Source: Candidatus Bathyarchaeia archaeon (GTDB lineage: Archaea; Thermoproteota; Bathyarchaeia; Bathyarchaeales; Bathycorpusculaceae). From it: a stretch of 64,000 nucleotides of DNA. Positions 30,007-40,740 of this stretch are shown here, one piece after another; the first letter of the stretch is position 1; every line of letters starts with the position of its first letter. The stretch spans positions 32,001 through 96,000 of the forward strand of contig JBEKKX010000013.1 of NCBI GenBank assembly GCA_050010515.1, given 5' to 3'. A program made the translations under genes and the position numbers. The notes under the pieces were generated by a model. It ran no database searches. It was not told where the DNA came from and saw only the letters and a list, made by a program, of their open reading frames with translations.

Positions 30007-30182
30007 TTGCCTCTCTCATTCCCTACTCACTTCTTTGTCCTCGAACTATTTAACAATTATTCTAGAACAAACATAAGCTTTTCCAAGTATTTTGGGAAAA
30101 GATAAACGGTTTTTTGTTAGACAAAGTTTTTATTCGCGTTTGAAACTTATTTTCGACCGTTAAGACAAAGGATGATTCAAAG

Positions 30183-30932
30183 ATGGCCCTACAAAAAGGA
30201 GATTTCATACTAATCAGTTATACAGCAAAAGTTAAGGAAACAAACGGAGTTTTCGACACAACATACGAAGATGTAGCCAAGAAAGAGCACCTCTATAAAG
30301 AAGGGAAAATGTATGAGCCTAAACTGGTAGTTGTAGGCGAAAGCTGGGTTCTCAAAGCCCTAGATGACAGTTTAACAACAATGGAGATAAACAAACCTGC
30401 AGCCGTTGAAATTCCACCTGACAAAGGCTTCGGGCAAAGAGACCCGGAAAAAATGAGGCGTGTGTCACTCAAACAATTGCTGGCAAAAGACATTAACCCA
30501 GTTGTTGGAGCACAGATAGAATTTCAAGGGAAAGGTGCGGTTGTGCGTTCAATGGGCGCGGGAAGAGTACTTTTAGACTTCAACCCTCCATTAGCTGGAA
30601 AAACCTTAATTTACGATGTCACAGTCAGCAGGAAACTTGAAAGCAACGAGGAAAAAATCGGCGCTCTTATCCACCGTAGAGTACCTGTGGTGGAAGAAAA
30701 CAAGTTCACACTAACCATACAAGACAAAAGCTTAACTATTGACATGCCGGAGGTAGCCTTCTATATTGAAGGCATCCAAATTGCCAAACGCGGCATTGCC
30801 CTTGACATCCAGAAATTCATCCCTGACTTGGCTGAGACAAAATTCGTTGAAGCCTTCAAAGCTGAACCCAAACCAGCACCAGCAGCAGCGACACCTGCAC
30901 CAGCACCAGAAGCACCAGCTAGCGCGCCCTAA
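30183..30932 (+). CDS. slyD: FKBP-type peptidyl-prolyl isomerase (long archaeal SlyD type)
   Basis: VFDTT, IPPDKGFGQRD and DFNPPLAGKTL; Pro/Ala-rich tail. Confidence 0.93.
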   Translation: MALQKGDFILISYTAKVKETNGVFDTTYEDVAKKEHLYKEGKMYEPKLVVVGESWVLKALDDSLTTMEINKPAAVEIPPDKGFGQRDPEKMRRVSLKQLLAKDINPVVGAQIEFQGKGAVVRSMGAGRVLLDFNPPLAGKTLIYDVTVSRKLESNEEKIGALIHRRVPVVEENKFTLTIQDKSLTIDMPEVAFYIEGIQIAKRGIALDIQKFIPDLAETKFVEAFKAEPKPAPAAATPAPAPEAPASAP

Positions 30933-31095
30933 AAAAGCGTTAGCAACCATTCTATCTTTTATAAACAAATTTCTACTGTGTTCAGAGCTAAGAATAAAGA
31001 TAAATCAGTCATGCTGCTATAATTATAATGTACAAGCACTCACGTTCACTATTATTCTCGCATACATGCTTCGTAGGGAGGTGAAAAAAGCAGAG

Positions 31096-31479
31096 ATGGA
31101 TCATACAATAGTTCACTTTGAAATCCCAGCCCAAGATGTAGAAAAACTGAAGCAGTTCTATGAAGAGGTTTTTGGCTGGAAAATAATCCAGTACCCTGCA
31201 CCAGAAGACTACTGGATTATACAAACTGTTCCTGTCGACTCAAACGGTATGCTGCTGAGGCCAGGAGTAAACGGTGGCATGTTTAGAAAGCAACAGCCTG
31301 AAATTAAACCTATCAACTATTTTGCTGTTGAGTCTATTAACGATTACTTAGTTAAAATTCAAAAGCTTGGTGGCAAAGTGATCTCGCCCAAACAGGAAGT
31401 TCCTAATGTTGGTTGGATAGCTGCGGCAGAAGATCCTGAAGGAAACAAGTTTGCGCTTATTCAGCCGTTACGCGTTTAG
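31096..31479 (+). CDS. VOC/glyoxalase family protein
   Basis: IVHFEIPA, FYEEVFGW, NGG and DPEGN motifs; start moved to ATG 31096. Confidence 0.9.
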   Translation: MDHTIVHFEIPAQDVEKLKQFYEEVFGWKIIQYPAPEDYWIIQTVPVDSNGMLLRPGVNGGMFRKQQPEIKPINYFAVESINDYLVKIQKLGGKVISPKQEVPNVGWIAAAEDPEGNKFALIQPLRV

Positions 31480-31490
31480 AATTCAAGTGT

Positions 31491-32549
31491 TTAATTTATT
31501 ATTCCTGTTGCCTTTGCTGTTTTCTCGCATGCTTCGAAATTAAGATTTAACTTTTGAAGGATTGTGTAGCGTTCAGGCCTTATTTTCGCTGCTGCCTCCA
31601 ACGCTTTAACCACATCAACATCTTTAACGCCTAATTCGCTAGCAGTTGTTGGTGCACCCATCTGCTTGAGCGTATTTCTTATTCTTTGCCAGTTTGCCCT
31701 GTAAAGATAAGCGGTCAATATTGAGCCTACGCCGCATTGTTCGCCGTGCATGGCATGGTGCGAATTAAACATGTCTAGGGCGTGGCTAAACAAGTGTTCT
31801 GAACCGCTGCATGGGCGGCTGCTTCCAGCGATGCTCATGGCAACGCCGCAGCTTATCAAAGCCTCAAGAAGTACGTGTAGTCCTTCATCTTTGCGGGAGA
31901 CGATTAAGTCGGCGTTTTCAATAACCAGTTTTGCACTCATTAAGGCTAAACTGGCTGCGTATTCGCCGTAATACTCGTTTTGTTCCAGATGTGCCAGTTT
32001 CCAGTCTTTAACGGCTGTAATTTTGGCGATTACGTCTCCGCAGCCGCTTATTACAAAGCGCCAGGGTGCTTGGGCAATAACTTCTGTGTCAGCAATTATC
32101 GCCAGTGGCGCTTGTGCCAGTATTGAGTAAGGCTTGTCTGAACCTTTAATTGAAGCCAAGGGGCTTGCGATGCCGTCATGAGAAACGGTTGTGGGCACGC
32201 TGATGAAAGGAATGTTTTGGCTTCCTGAACTTATTTTGGCAGCGTCAATTATTGTTCCGCCGCCAACGCCGAGAAGTACTTGCGGCTTTGAAGCTTCTAT
32301 CTGCTCTTCAATAGTTATCATATCTTTGATCGTCATTGCTTTTATCTGTAAAACATCAACCTGTAATCCTGCCTGTTCAAGCAGTCCGCAAATGGTTCTT
32401 CCAGCGATATCGTAGCTTTTTGATCCTGCGATTACCAGTGCTTTCCCTCTGAGGCCTAGCCGTTTTGCGACTTCAGGAACGCATTGCAAGGTTCCTTTTC
32501 CAACAATAACTTCACGAGGAAGCTGCATGTAATGGTAATTCAGTGTCAA
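31491..32549 (-). CDS. egsA: sn-glycerol-1-phosphate dehydrogenase
   Basis: GVGGG..ID, VPT..SHDGIAS, SSRPCSGSEH.FSH and HGEQCG; start approximate. Confidence 0.95.
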   Translation of the reverse strand: MTLNYHYMQLPREVIVGKGTLQCVPEVAKRLGLRGKALVIAGSKSYDIAGRTICGLLEQAGLQVDVLQIKAMTIKDMITIEEQIEASKPQVLLGVGGGTIIDAAKISSGSQNIPFISVPTTVSHDGIASPLASIKGSDKPYSILAQAPLAIIADTEVIAQAPWRFVISGCGDVIAKITAVKDWKLAHLEQNEYYGEYAASLALMSAKLVIENADLIVSRKDEGLHVLLEALISCGVAMSIAGSSRPCSGSEHLFSHALDMFNSHHAMHGEQCGVGSILTAYLYRANWQRIRNTLKQMGAPTTASELGVKDVDVVKALEAAAKIRPERYTILQKLNLNFEACEKTAKATGIIN

Positions 32550-32772
32550 ACTAACCACTGTTGACTTGCAAACATTAATTTGGCTCCAATGGTTTAAAAC
32601 TTTGGGAACTTGCCCAGAAAACAAGCCAGTTTAACCAGGTAAAGGCTACTTTTTAAAGAAATTTTGAGTAAAACTGGGGGTTTGTCAAGTAACTACTTTG
32701 ATTTTTTCAAAGTAAACTGATACCCGATAAGCAGTAGGAAACAATAAGAATCCGCAAAACAAAATTCTATTT

Positions 32773-33153
32773 ATGATAAAACAACAAAGAACGATTGATG
32801 AAATTTTAGGCAGCCTTGAACCCGCTCAGAAGGAAACCATACAAAACCTCCGTGCATTAATCAAAAGTGCTGTTCCAGAAACTGTTGAAATAGTTAGACA
32901 GGGAAAAATCGCTTACAGGTTAAATGATAAAGACTTTGTTTGGATAAGCCACTACCAAGACCACGTGGACTTGGAGTTTTTTATGGGCGCAAGCCTTGAC
33001 TCAGACCTGCTGAAAAGCAGAGGAGAAACGGAAAAATCAGATAACGTCAGACATATAACAGTAAGCCATTTTGATAAGTTGAAACCTGAAATAGTGCGGC
33101 TTCTGAAGGATGCAGCAGCAGTGGGATTTGAGCATTGCCCAACTTCCGCATAA
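32773..33153 (+). CDS. DUF1801/YdhG-like protein
   Basis: LRALIKSAVPE..E, HVDLEFFMGA and VRHI pattern. Confidence 0.75.
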   Translation: MIKQQRTIDEILGSLEPAQKETIQNLRALIKSAVPETVEIVRQGKIAYRLNDKDFVWISHYQDHVDLEFFMGASLDSDLLKSRGETEKSDNVRHITVSHFDKLKPEIVRLLKDAAAVGFEHCPTSA

Positions 33154-33167
33154 AACGAAAACTTGCA

Positions 33168-33404
33168 TTAATCTTCCTTAGGCTTAATTGCTATTTTCGT
33201 GTTGAAGCTTAGATTAAGTTCTCCGTTCATTTTGCCGACTGAAAAATTAAAGCTATCTGCGCTAACATCCATGGATTTGCCAGGCATCTCTCTAATGTTA
33301 TCTACAAAACCTCTTACCTTGTTTATTATCTCGGTTGCGTCAATATTTTTGGTAGATGCTTTCTCTGTTTCTGGCTCAGACTGGCGTATTTGCGTTTCAA
33401 CCAC
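33168..33404 (-). CDS. Small hypothetical protein
   Basis: 78 aa; GGAGG SD upstream. Confidence 0.6.
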   Translation of the reverse strand: MVETQIRQSEPETEKASTKNIDATEIINKVRGFVDNIREMPGKSMDVSADSFNFSVGKMNGELNLSFNTKIAIKPKED

Positions 33405-33622
33405 TCATTTCGCCTCCAAAAAACCCAAAGTATTCATGCCAACTTACTTTTTTAAACATATGTGGTTACTCTGCCACAAACACAATTTAGAGTAAAAAAA
33501 CGAGCGCCTATAACCTAAGAAGTCAATCAACAAAACTTATCAAGTGGTAAAGTTTCTTATCCACGACAAGAAGCACCGAAGCAACTAGTAAAGGCAAATC
33601 AAGCACATTTTAAATGAAGCTT

Positions 33623-33697
33623 GGGCGAGTAGCTCAGTACGGATAGAGCACCAGCCTCCTAAGTTGGGGGTCGAGGGTTCAAATCCCTCCCCGCCCG
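33623..33697 (+). tRNA. tRNA-Arg(CCT), intronless
   Basis: GGGCGAG/CCCGCCC acceptor (A6:C67 mismatch), GCTC/GAGC D arm, CCAGC-CTCCTAA-GTTGG, GAGGG-TTCAAAT-CCCTC. Confidence 0.93.
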
Positions 33698-33852
33698 CAT
33701 TTTGCTCAACTTTTGCCAAATTTAGCCTTATTTTTTGCAATTCATCCCTTGTTGTTGACATATTTATTTCTTTGTTCAAACATTTAGGCAAACTCGGTTA
33801 TTATCAAAAGAACCTAACCGTTGAAAAAAGTTCAAATTACGGAACCAAGCCA

Positions 33853-34599
33853 CTACTTCCATTTTGTCAATATTTCCTCCCTTTGGAAAGTAGCCTTGGC
33901 GACGTAAAGCAGAAGCAAATCAACCAACAAAAGAATGCCAGCAATGATGAGGAGGGTGATGGTGCTGCTGAGCTGTATTAAATTGAGTTCACCGGCGACA
34001 TAGATCGCTCCGAAGGGGAGAATCAAGAGTATTCCGATCTGTTGCGCAATCCGTACATCGCTCACCCTCGCCGAGACAATGACGTTCCATTCGACACTCA
34101 TTACGACCGCGAGAGGGACCATTAGAAAAAGGATAATGGCTGCATTCCAGTTAGGGAAAAAGTAGTAGCCCAATGTGCCATGTGTAACCAGATCCATGAG
34201 AACCATGAAGATTGTAGCTCCTCCCAAAATAGCGCCTATGGGCGGTAGGAAAGCTGCGATTCCCTTTCCGAGCAAGATTTCACTATCGGTCGTGGGAGTG
34301 ACCAAGAGCGGCTCGAGGCTCTTTTCGACTTTCTCGCCGATCAGGCTGTAGGAGGCAATAGCTGTTGGAATCATACCTGCAAGGATGAGATAGAAGAAAG
34401 AAAATGCAGGCAGAAGTATCGGGAGTTCCGACGCTGGGATTCCGCTTCCACCATTACTATGCCCTTCAAGCACGATTACAACAGGAAAAAGAAATGAGAC
34501 AATGAATGGAACGACAAGGATTGAATAGATTATGTTCTTCTTCTTTAGGAATATCTTGAAGTCCTTCAACGCGATGATCCATGACCTTGAGAGTCTCAT
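33853..34599 (-). CDS. ABC-2-type exporter permease, paralog of 21299-22033
   Basis: Same GEKVEKSLEPLL.TP motif and REEILTKWK C-terminus. Confidence 0.9.
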   Translation of the reverse strand: MRLSRSWIIALKDFKIFLKKKNIIYSILVVPFIVSFLFPVVIVLEGHSNGGSGIPASELPILLPAFSFFYLILAGMIPTAIASYSLIGEKVEKSLEPLLVTPTTDSEILLGKGIAAFLPPIGAILGGATIFMVLMDLVTHGTLGYYFFPNWNAAIILFLMVPLAVVMSVEWNVIVSARVSDVRIAQQIGILLILPFGAIYVAGELNLIQLSSTITLLIIAGILLLVDLLLLYVAKATFQREEILTKWK

Positions 34600-35516
34600 T
34601 TGGTTTGCCTCACGAGTTTAAGATAGGCATCCTCCAAGGTTGAGCCTACGACGGTGACGGATTGAACGTGGCCGCCGGCTCGGAATATCGTGTCCAAGAT
34701 AGTGACATTCTCTTTTTCGGGATTTGTTACATCGATAGTCAGTTTGTTGCCATCGATAATCAAGTTTCGAAGTGGTAGCTTTCTTAAAGCAGCTATTATC
34801 GCATCGCCTGCCTGCTCTATCTGAATTACTGTTTTCCTTCCTTGAACAGATTTCTCAAGTTCCTCGGGTGTGCCAATCGCCATCAGCTTGGTATTCAGTA
34901 TCCCAATCCTGTCGCAGATCCTCTGTGCCTCGTCAAGGTTGTGCGTGTTCAGGAAGATGGTCTTCTTCTCTTTCTTGAGCTCGATGATGAAATCCCGAAC
35001 AGTCTTTGAAGATTCTGGGTCGAGGTTCGCCGTCGGCTCGTCCATGAACAATATCTGAGGGTCGTGGATGAGGGCGCGTGCTATCGAGAGTTTTTGCTTC
35101 ATCCCTTTGGAGAAAGTTCCCGCTGCGACGTCCTTCTTCTCCCAGAGTTCGAGCATCTTGAGGAGGCGCTCGATATTCTCCTTCCTTTGCGCTGCTGTGC
35201 AATCGTATAACTTCCCATAAAAGTCCAGATTGTCGTAGGCGCTCAGGTCATCGTAGAGCCCCACGTTGTCGGGAACCAATCCAATGAGCTCTCTTATCTT
35301 CAGAGAATCCGCCTCGATGCCGACATCGTAATCCCCTATCCTGGCGTTCCCGCTCGTCTTTGAGATCAGGCAGCATAGCATCCTCACAGTAGTAGTCTTG
35401 CCCGCCCCGTTGGGACCAAGAAAACCGAAAACCTCGCCGTCGTCAACATGTAATGTTAGGCTATCTACAGCTGTTAGGTTCCCGAATTTTCTGGTTAAGT
35501 TTTCGGTGTCGATCAT
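34596..35516 (-). CDS. ABC exporter ATP-binding protein, paralog of 22030-22959
   Basis: Walker A/B, FSKGMKQ; long identical peptide stretches with the paralog. Confidence 0.93.
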   Translation of the reverse strand: MIDTENLTRKFGNLTAVDSLTLHVDDGEVFGFLGPNGAGKTTTVRMLCCLISKTSGNARIGDYDVGIEADSLKIRELIGLVPDNVGLYDDLSAYDNLDFYGKLYDCTAAQRKENIERLLKMLELWEKKDVAAGTFSKGMKQKLSIARALIHDPQILFMDEPTANLDPESSKTVRDFIIELKKEKKTIFLNTHNLDEAQRICDRIGILNTKLMAIGTPEELEKSVQGRKTVIQIEQAGDAIIAALRKLPLRNLIIDGNKLTIDVTNPEKENVTILDTIFRAGGHVQSVTVVGSTLEDAYLKLVRQTK

Positions 35517-35664
35517 TTTTAAATCTCTGATTTAATGGTTATCTTGATGATTTCTTATTTTACCTTTGAATAAACGGGATATATAAGTCTAAATTTTTAA
35601 GAGATACTCTCATTTGAGGTAGATGTTGAACCGCCTCATTTTATGAGACTGGTTCGGTTGACGC

Positions 35665-35745
35665 TTTGTTGGTAAAGACCCTATGTTCCTCAACTGGGTT
35701 AAAGAACTATTTCTCTACTACTGGGACAAAGGAAAGCGAGCTTAA
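35665..35745 (+). pseudogene. Orphan C-terminal fragment resembling DUF1724-type archaeal HTH regulators
   Basis: FVGKDPMFLNWVKELFLYYWDKGKRA*; in-frame TGA at 35659-35661 just upstream. Confidence 0.5.
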
Positions 35746-35773
35746 CACAAAACCTAATACCTCTTTAGACCAC

Positions 35774-35819
35774 ACCCGAGGGTTCAAACGAGGGCTCAAA
35801 CCTATCCCCGCCCGCCACA
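35774..35819 (+). repeat. tRNA-Arg 3'-end-derived repeat, copy A
   Basis: ACCCGAGGGTTCAAACGAGGGCTCAAACCTATCCCCGCCCGCCACA. Confidence 0.9.
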
Positions 35820-35956
35820 CATAATTCATGTTTAAAGCAAAAATCTTGCTTATTTTCTGCAAATAAGCTGTTCAAACCTTGCTGTGTTTTTGCGCCTGCA
35901 GTGTTATTGGTCATACAGGTACAAAAAGGGAAAAAAGAGGTTTTGCGCGCGCTGAA

Positions 35957-36664
35957 TTATGCGATTTTGAAGTAGACGCGTTTGTTGTTTTTTCCTTTGC
36001 TTTCAGCTTTAATCAGTTCTATTCTACCCACTTCCCGCAGACTGTGCACATGCGTACCTCCATCGGCTTGTCTATCTACGCCTTCTATTTCTACGATGCG
36101 AAGTACAGGTATGTCGGGCGGCAGGGCTCCCGCCATCTTAACTATACCTGGGATTTTCATCGTTTCCTCTTTCGGCAACTCATACCATTTTACAGGAATA
36201 TCCTTACTGAAGAGCTCATTCGCCTTAGCGACGTATTGATCTAAAATTTCCTTGTCGAAGTTTTCGAAGTTGAAATCAAAACGGATATAGTCTTCCTCAA
36301 GCTGATTGCCAGTAACGAGAGCTCCAGTTCCCACACATAAAAGTGAAGCAAACAAGTGTGCTGCCGTATGGCTCCGCATAAGTTTGTACCTTCGCGCCCA
36401 GTCTAGGACGCAGTGAACTCTATCTCCTTCTTTAAGACCTGCTCGATCCACCTCATGAGAAATTTCTCCTGAAAATTTTCCCACATAAACCACATTGTAA
36501 GTTTCATTGTCTTTGACGATTTTTCCAGTATCCCACGGTTGACCTCCTCCTTTAGGATAAAAAATGGTCTGATCAAGCACTACGTATTTTTGGTCCTTAA
36601 CGGAAACTACAACAGCGTTGCACTCTTTGAGATAACTGTCGTCTAAGAACAACATTTTTGTCAA
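35957..36664 (-). CDS. alaX: AlaX alanyl-tRNA editing protein
   Basis: FYPKGGGQP.D.G, HTAAH and DGGTH motifs; start TTG 36664 after GAGGT. Confidence 0.92.
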   Translation of the reverse strand: MTKMLFLDDSYLKECNAVVVSVKDQKYVVLDQTIFYPKGGGQPWDTGKIVKDNETYNVVYVGKFSGEISHEVDRAGLKEGDRVHCVLDWARRYKLMRSHTAAHLFASLLCVGTGALVTGNQLEEDYIRFDFNFENFDKEILDQYVAKANELFSKDIPVKWYELPKEETMKIPGIVKMAGALPPDIPVLRIVEIEGVDRQADGGTHVHSLREVGRIELIKAESKGKNNKRVYFKIA

Positions 36665-37236
36665 CAAGATGGTTACCTCACTTCTACAGATATCTAATCT
36701 GTTTAGGTTTAGAAGGATATATTTGTTCATTTTGCCTAAAAACTTATTGCGGAATAGACCTCTAAGCAGCAAAAAAGGAGGGAATCTCGGTCGAAATTAC
36801 AGTCTGGGAACGGTAACTCCTAGGTTACTATTTTTAGAGTATTATAGCGCACGCGGGTTTTTACTACGATCATTCTATCCTCTTGCATGGTCTTGGTCTT
36901 GATAAAATGGCATAATTTAACACATTAATGTCCTGCGTGGCTCACTATGATGCGATTACCACACTTAGGGCACTCATAATAAAGGAACTTTTTTTCACTG
37001 TTATATTTAGCTATCATTTCTTCGTAGCATGAAGGGCAAAGAGGAGCCCTCTTCATAGTTTTCATGGTTGAGTTTATGGCTGTTTTTGTTTTAAAATTTT
37101 GCTACTGCCTACATTATAGGCCCTTAAATGGTCTCGGTAAAAAAAAGAAAAGGGAATTGAAACTTCAAAGCAACAGTTATCATCACAACCCTTAAGAAAA
37201 AAAGCTCGCATAAAATCCTGAGAAGGAGAAAAATTC

Positions 37237-38127
37237 ATGCGGGCGTCAAGTTGGAGAGGAAAGCAGGCAAAAGCCGTTTTTCTCACTGTTTTAGCCGGTG
37301 TCTTGTGGGGGACCTCTTTTCCTGCCATAAAAATCGGTTTGAACTACGTTAACCCGTACTTATTTGTTTTCTTAAGATTTCTTTTAGCATCAGTGCTGAT
37401 GTTCTTGATACTGCTTATCACTAAGAAGCTCACTTATCCAATAAAACAGAAGAAACTAATCCTCTTCCTAGGTGTTACCAATGGAGTTGCGTACCTATCG
37501 CAGTACATCGGAATGAACTCTACTACAGCAGCAAAAGCAGCGCTCTTCGTAAACTTAAGCGTCGTCTGGGTGGCATTACTAAGCCCAAAGCTTCAAGGGG
37601 AAACATTGGGAAGAAGAAAAATATTTGGTGTTTTAGCTGCTCTAACCGGTATTATATTTGTGACGACTAACCTAGATTTCTCGATGTTAAGCGGAGGGCA
37701 ATTGATCGGGGATTTGTTACTAATTACTTCAGGAGTCATTTGGGCATTTTTCACAATATACAATAAAACCCTCGTAATGACAAGCAATGGTTTACTTCAA
37801 TCTTTAACATGGATCTTGCCCTTAACTCTGCTCCCGATGCTGCCCTTCGTCTTCTCCTCAGCATATCAGATCCCTGCGCTTCCCGCTCAAGCTTGGCTTG
37901 CCATAATTTATACAGCCGTTGTTTGCTGGATCGTTCCTTACTACTTATGGCTTGAAGGCTTAAAACACATCACAGCCTCAACATCCACAATCCTGCTTCT
38001 AACAGAAATATTAGTAGCCGCAGCAATTTCCTTCATTCTACTAAACGAGATATTCACTATTATCATGGTCTTCGGAGCTCTCCTCATAGTAATAGCCATA
38101 GTACTAGTATCCTATCGCGCCGACTAA
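37237..38127 (+). CDS. EamA/DMT family transporter
   Basis: LWGTSF..K, FLRF; about ten TM segments. Confidence 0.9.
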   Translation: MRASSWRGKQAKAVFLTVLAGVLWGTSFPAIKIGLNYVNPYLFVFLRFLLASVLMFLILLITKKLTYPIKQKKLILFLGVTNGVAYLSQYIGMNSTTAAKAALFVNLSVVWVALLSPKLQGETLGRRKIFGVLAALTGIIFVTTNLDFSMLSGGQLIGDLLLITSGVIWAFFTIYNKTLVMTSNGLLQSLTWILPLTLLPMLPFVFSSAYQIPALPAQAWLAIIYTAVVCWIVPYYLWLEGLKHITASTSTILLLTEILVAAAISFILLNEIFTIIMVFGALLIVIAIVLVSYRAD

Positions 38128-38359
38128 ATCTTAGCACACATTACAACGATTAATAGTCTGAATGAGCCAATCAACTATTGGTCAATTTAAGAAAATAACA
38201 AAAAAGGGCGCTAGTTTGTCCCGAAAATGGGCAAAAAAAGAAGAAGGATATCTACTTAATGGTGATGCTTTTCGCGCGTCGCGCTAACCCAAACCCAAAT
38301 CTCGATACCTAAAATTATAATTGTCAAGTTTTAAATAGTAATTAGGATAACGCAGTTCT

Positions 38360-38851
38360 ATGCAAATTACCGATTTAATCCGTTACAACCACTTCGTTCG
38401 CGAGCTTTATTTTGACGCTATGTCTAAATTGCCTTGGGCGCAGGTTGTCGAAGCTCGAGGTTTGAGTTTTGATTCTATGCGCAACGTGTTCTTGCATTTG
38501 ACACGTGTTGAGGACAGGGTAGTTAACTACGTAATTCCTGAACGGGACAAGGATTGGGTTGGCGTGGATTTTGATGCTTTCAAGAGCATGGATTCCTTGA
38601 AGGATTACATGTTACATGTGAAGGAAAAAACTGAAAACTACTTAGCGAATCTTTCAGCTGAAGAGCTAAACAGACAACTCGTTATCCCGTGGAGCGCCAC
38701 CTCAGAAACAAAAATAAGCATTGAAACAGTCTTAAACCACATTGTTTTGGAGGACATGATCCATTATGGCGAGTTATCGGCTGCTTTCTGGCAAATGGGT
38801 TTGCAAGCACCTTACATGAGCTTTTGGCAGTATAAACATCAGCACCCTTAA
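38360..38851 (+). CDS. DinB family protein
   Basis: YNH..R, S.RN..LH...E and H....D..HYGEL. Confidence 0.85.
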   Translation: MQITDLIRYNHFVRELYFDAMSKLPWAQVVEARGLSFDSMRNVFLHLTRVEDRVVNYVIPERDKDWVGVDFDAFKSMDSLKDYMLHVKEKTENYLANLSAEELNRQLVIPWSATSETKISIETVLNHIVLEDMIHYGELSAAFWQMGLQAPYMSFWQYKHQHP

Positions 38852-39081
38852 ACTAATCCGAAGCTCACGCCCCCTCAAAGGTCTAAAAGCTGAAAAGCGA
38901 AGTTTCTAAGAGACCAGCTAGAATTAACCATAAATTTATCATTTGATACAGTTTCCACATATCAACTACATTAAAGAAAGTATAATATCAGTTCCATATC
39001 ACATAATTTCGGGACAAGACAGCGCGCCAAGAAATTAAAAAACCAATCGACGCAAAGCCGATAGGCATATGCAACAAATTC

Positions 39082-40287
39082 TCAATTAACTTTTTCTTCA
39101 GGCATTTTCGTGTGTCGGAAGTAGTACCAAAACAGGCTAATAGAAACTATGTAAAATAAGGCAGCCAAAAAGAATGGTGCACCCAAAAGTCCCATGCCAA
39201 TCAGCCAGGCACCGACGAACGAACTCAATGCGCTGGGCAATCTCCAAAGAGCAGAGCTTACGCCTGAAGCCGCACCGCGCTCATCTTCCGCGACCAGCCC
39301 CATTATCATCGACTGCGCCAGCGGACTTGACATGTTCATAAGAAAGGCCCTTGACGTGTAAACAATGCTTGCCACTATGTAATTTGGAGACAGCGGCGTT
39401 GTAAACATGAATATGGTTGAAACAGCCTCCGTTACAACTATAGCGTTAACTACTCCAAATCTTTTCGCAAGCCAAGGAGCAGCAAGCGTAGCTACACCTA
39501 TTACAATGCTTGAAAAGCCCAAAATTGGACCACTTAACGAGTCGGGTATACCGTACTGCGCCTTCATCCAAGCAGTCATCAAAGGAACAACCATACCTGC
39601 GCCGAAAGCAATTATCGCGCCCGTGAGGGCATATTTCACCAAAACATTTTTAGACTTTCTTGGGAGCAGCTCACTCAAGGTTGCATTAGCTTTCGCGGAC
39701 CTTTTTGATTCGTTAACTTTGAACATTATAAGTGTAGAAGACAAACTCAGAACGGCAAGTATTACGTAGAGAAGAACGTGGCTTTCCTTATGCGTGAATC
39801 CACTCATCGTTGATGTCGCCAAGATTGCAATAGCGCCGAGGCCGAAGGCTGTGCTTTGAGCAAAGCCAAACATGGAGAAGACGCTGTTCCTCTTTGCATC
39901 TTCAGCCTTTTCTGCAAGCAACGCACTGCTAGATGAATAAGAAGCGGCTTCTGAAATTCCTTCGAAAATAGCAGCAATTATTAACAGTACTGGGTTTGTG
40001 GTTAAAGCGAAAACCGCGATGATGACACTTGCTATTATGTTGCCTACTATGAGCACCCGCTTTCTGCCGTATTTATCTGCTGCAATCCCCATGGGAACGC
40101 AGGTTGCAAAAGTGGATACGCCCATGACCGTTACGATGAGTCCCATGAGGTTGAAGGATAACCCTTGAACTGTGGTGAGAAAATAGGCTATGTCAGTGTA
40201 GAACATGCCGTAAGCTACGGAAGGCAGCACTGACGAGTAGATTAGGTATTTTGCCTCTTTCGTCATTCCTCTGTAGGTGTTGAACAC
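39082..40287 (-). CDS. MFS transporter
   Basis: GIAADKYGRKR motif A; about twelve TM segments. Confidence 0.92.
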   Translation of the reverse strand: MFNTYRGMTKEAKYLIYSSVLPSVAYGMFYTDIAYFLTTVQGLSFNLMGLIVTVMGVSTFATCVPMGIAADKYGRKRVLIVGNIIASVIIAVFALTTNPVLLIIAAIFEGISEAASYSSSSALLAEKAEDAKRNSVFSMFGFAQSTAFGLGAIAILATSTMSGFTHKESHVLLYVILAVLSLSSTLIMFKVNESKRSAKANATLSELLPRKSKNVLVKYALTGAIIAFGAGMVVPLMTAWMKAQYGIPDSLSGPILGFSSIVIGVATLAAPWLAKRFGVVNAIVVTEAVSTIFMFTTPLSPNYIVASIVYTSRAFLMNMSSPLAQSMIMGLVAEDERGAASGVSSALWRLPSALSSFVGAWLIGMGLLGAPFFLAALFYIVSISLFWYYFRHTKMPEEKVN

Positions 40288-40740
40288 TTAAACCAGCCCG
40301 ATTTTCGACTCAATTTGCTTCTTTATGCCAGAGCAAAGGTCAATTGGCTAGAAATGGTTTCGGCAACTGCAGCTTTAAGTTTTTCTCAGTCATTGTCACC
40401 AACACTCAAAAAGCATGTTTTTTGAATGGTAGATTCAATTATCTGGGGCTGTCGTTGCCAGTTCAAACAAAGAGCGACTCATTACCGAAGGTGCAAGATT
40501 TTCTCCAGAGTTAAGAGAATGCAAAGCAGTTTTCATTAGTTCATGACCTCCGATATATTACCATGGGTCTATAAGCTTCAATGCTGCAAGAGAAATCTTG
40601 CCAGTAACTACTGTTTGCTTCTTCAGCAGATTTTGCTCTCTTAAGCTGTTCTCTGATATCTGCAACCGAAGTCACAAGCGCGGCGCGCTGTGACCTTTAG
40701 CCAAGTGAACGTTTTCGGCTTTTCTTTGAGCTTCTTTACG

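Noticed and set aside
30766-31095. N-terminal extension of the VOC ORF with QHQ repeats
   Set aside because: Alternate-frame reading of the SlyD Pro/Ala tail; real start is ATG 31096
33585-33981. ORFs overlapping tRNA-Arg (likewise 28662-28931 over tRNA-Ser)
   Set aside because: Spurious translations of tRNA sequence
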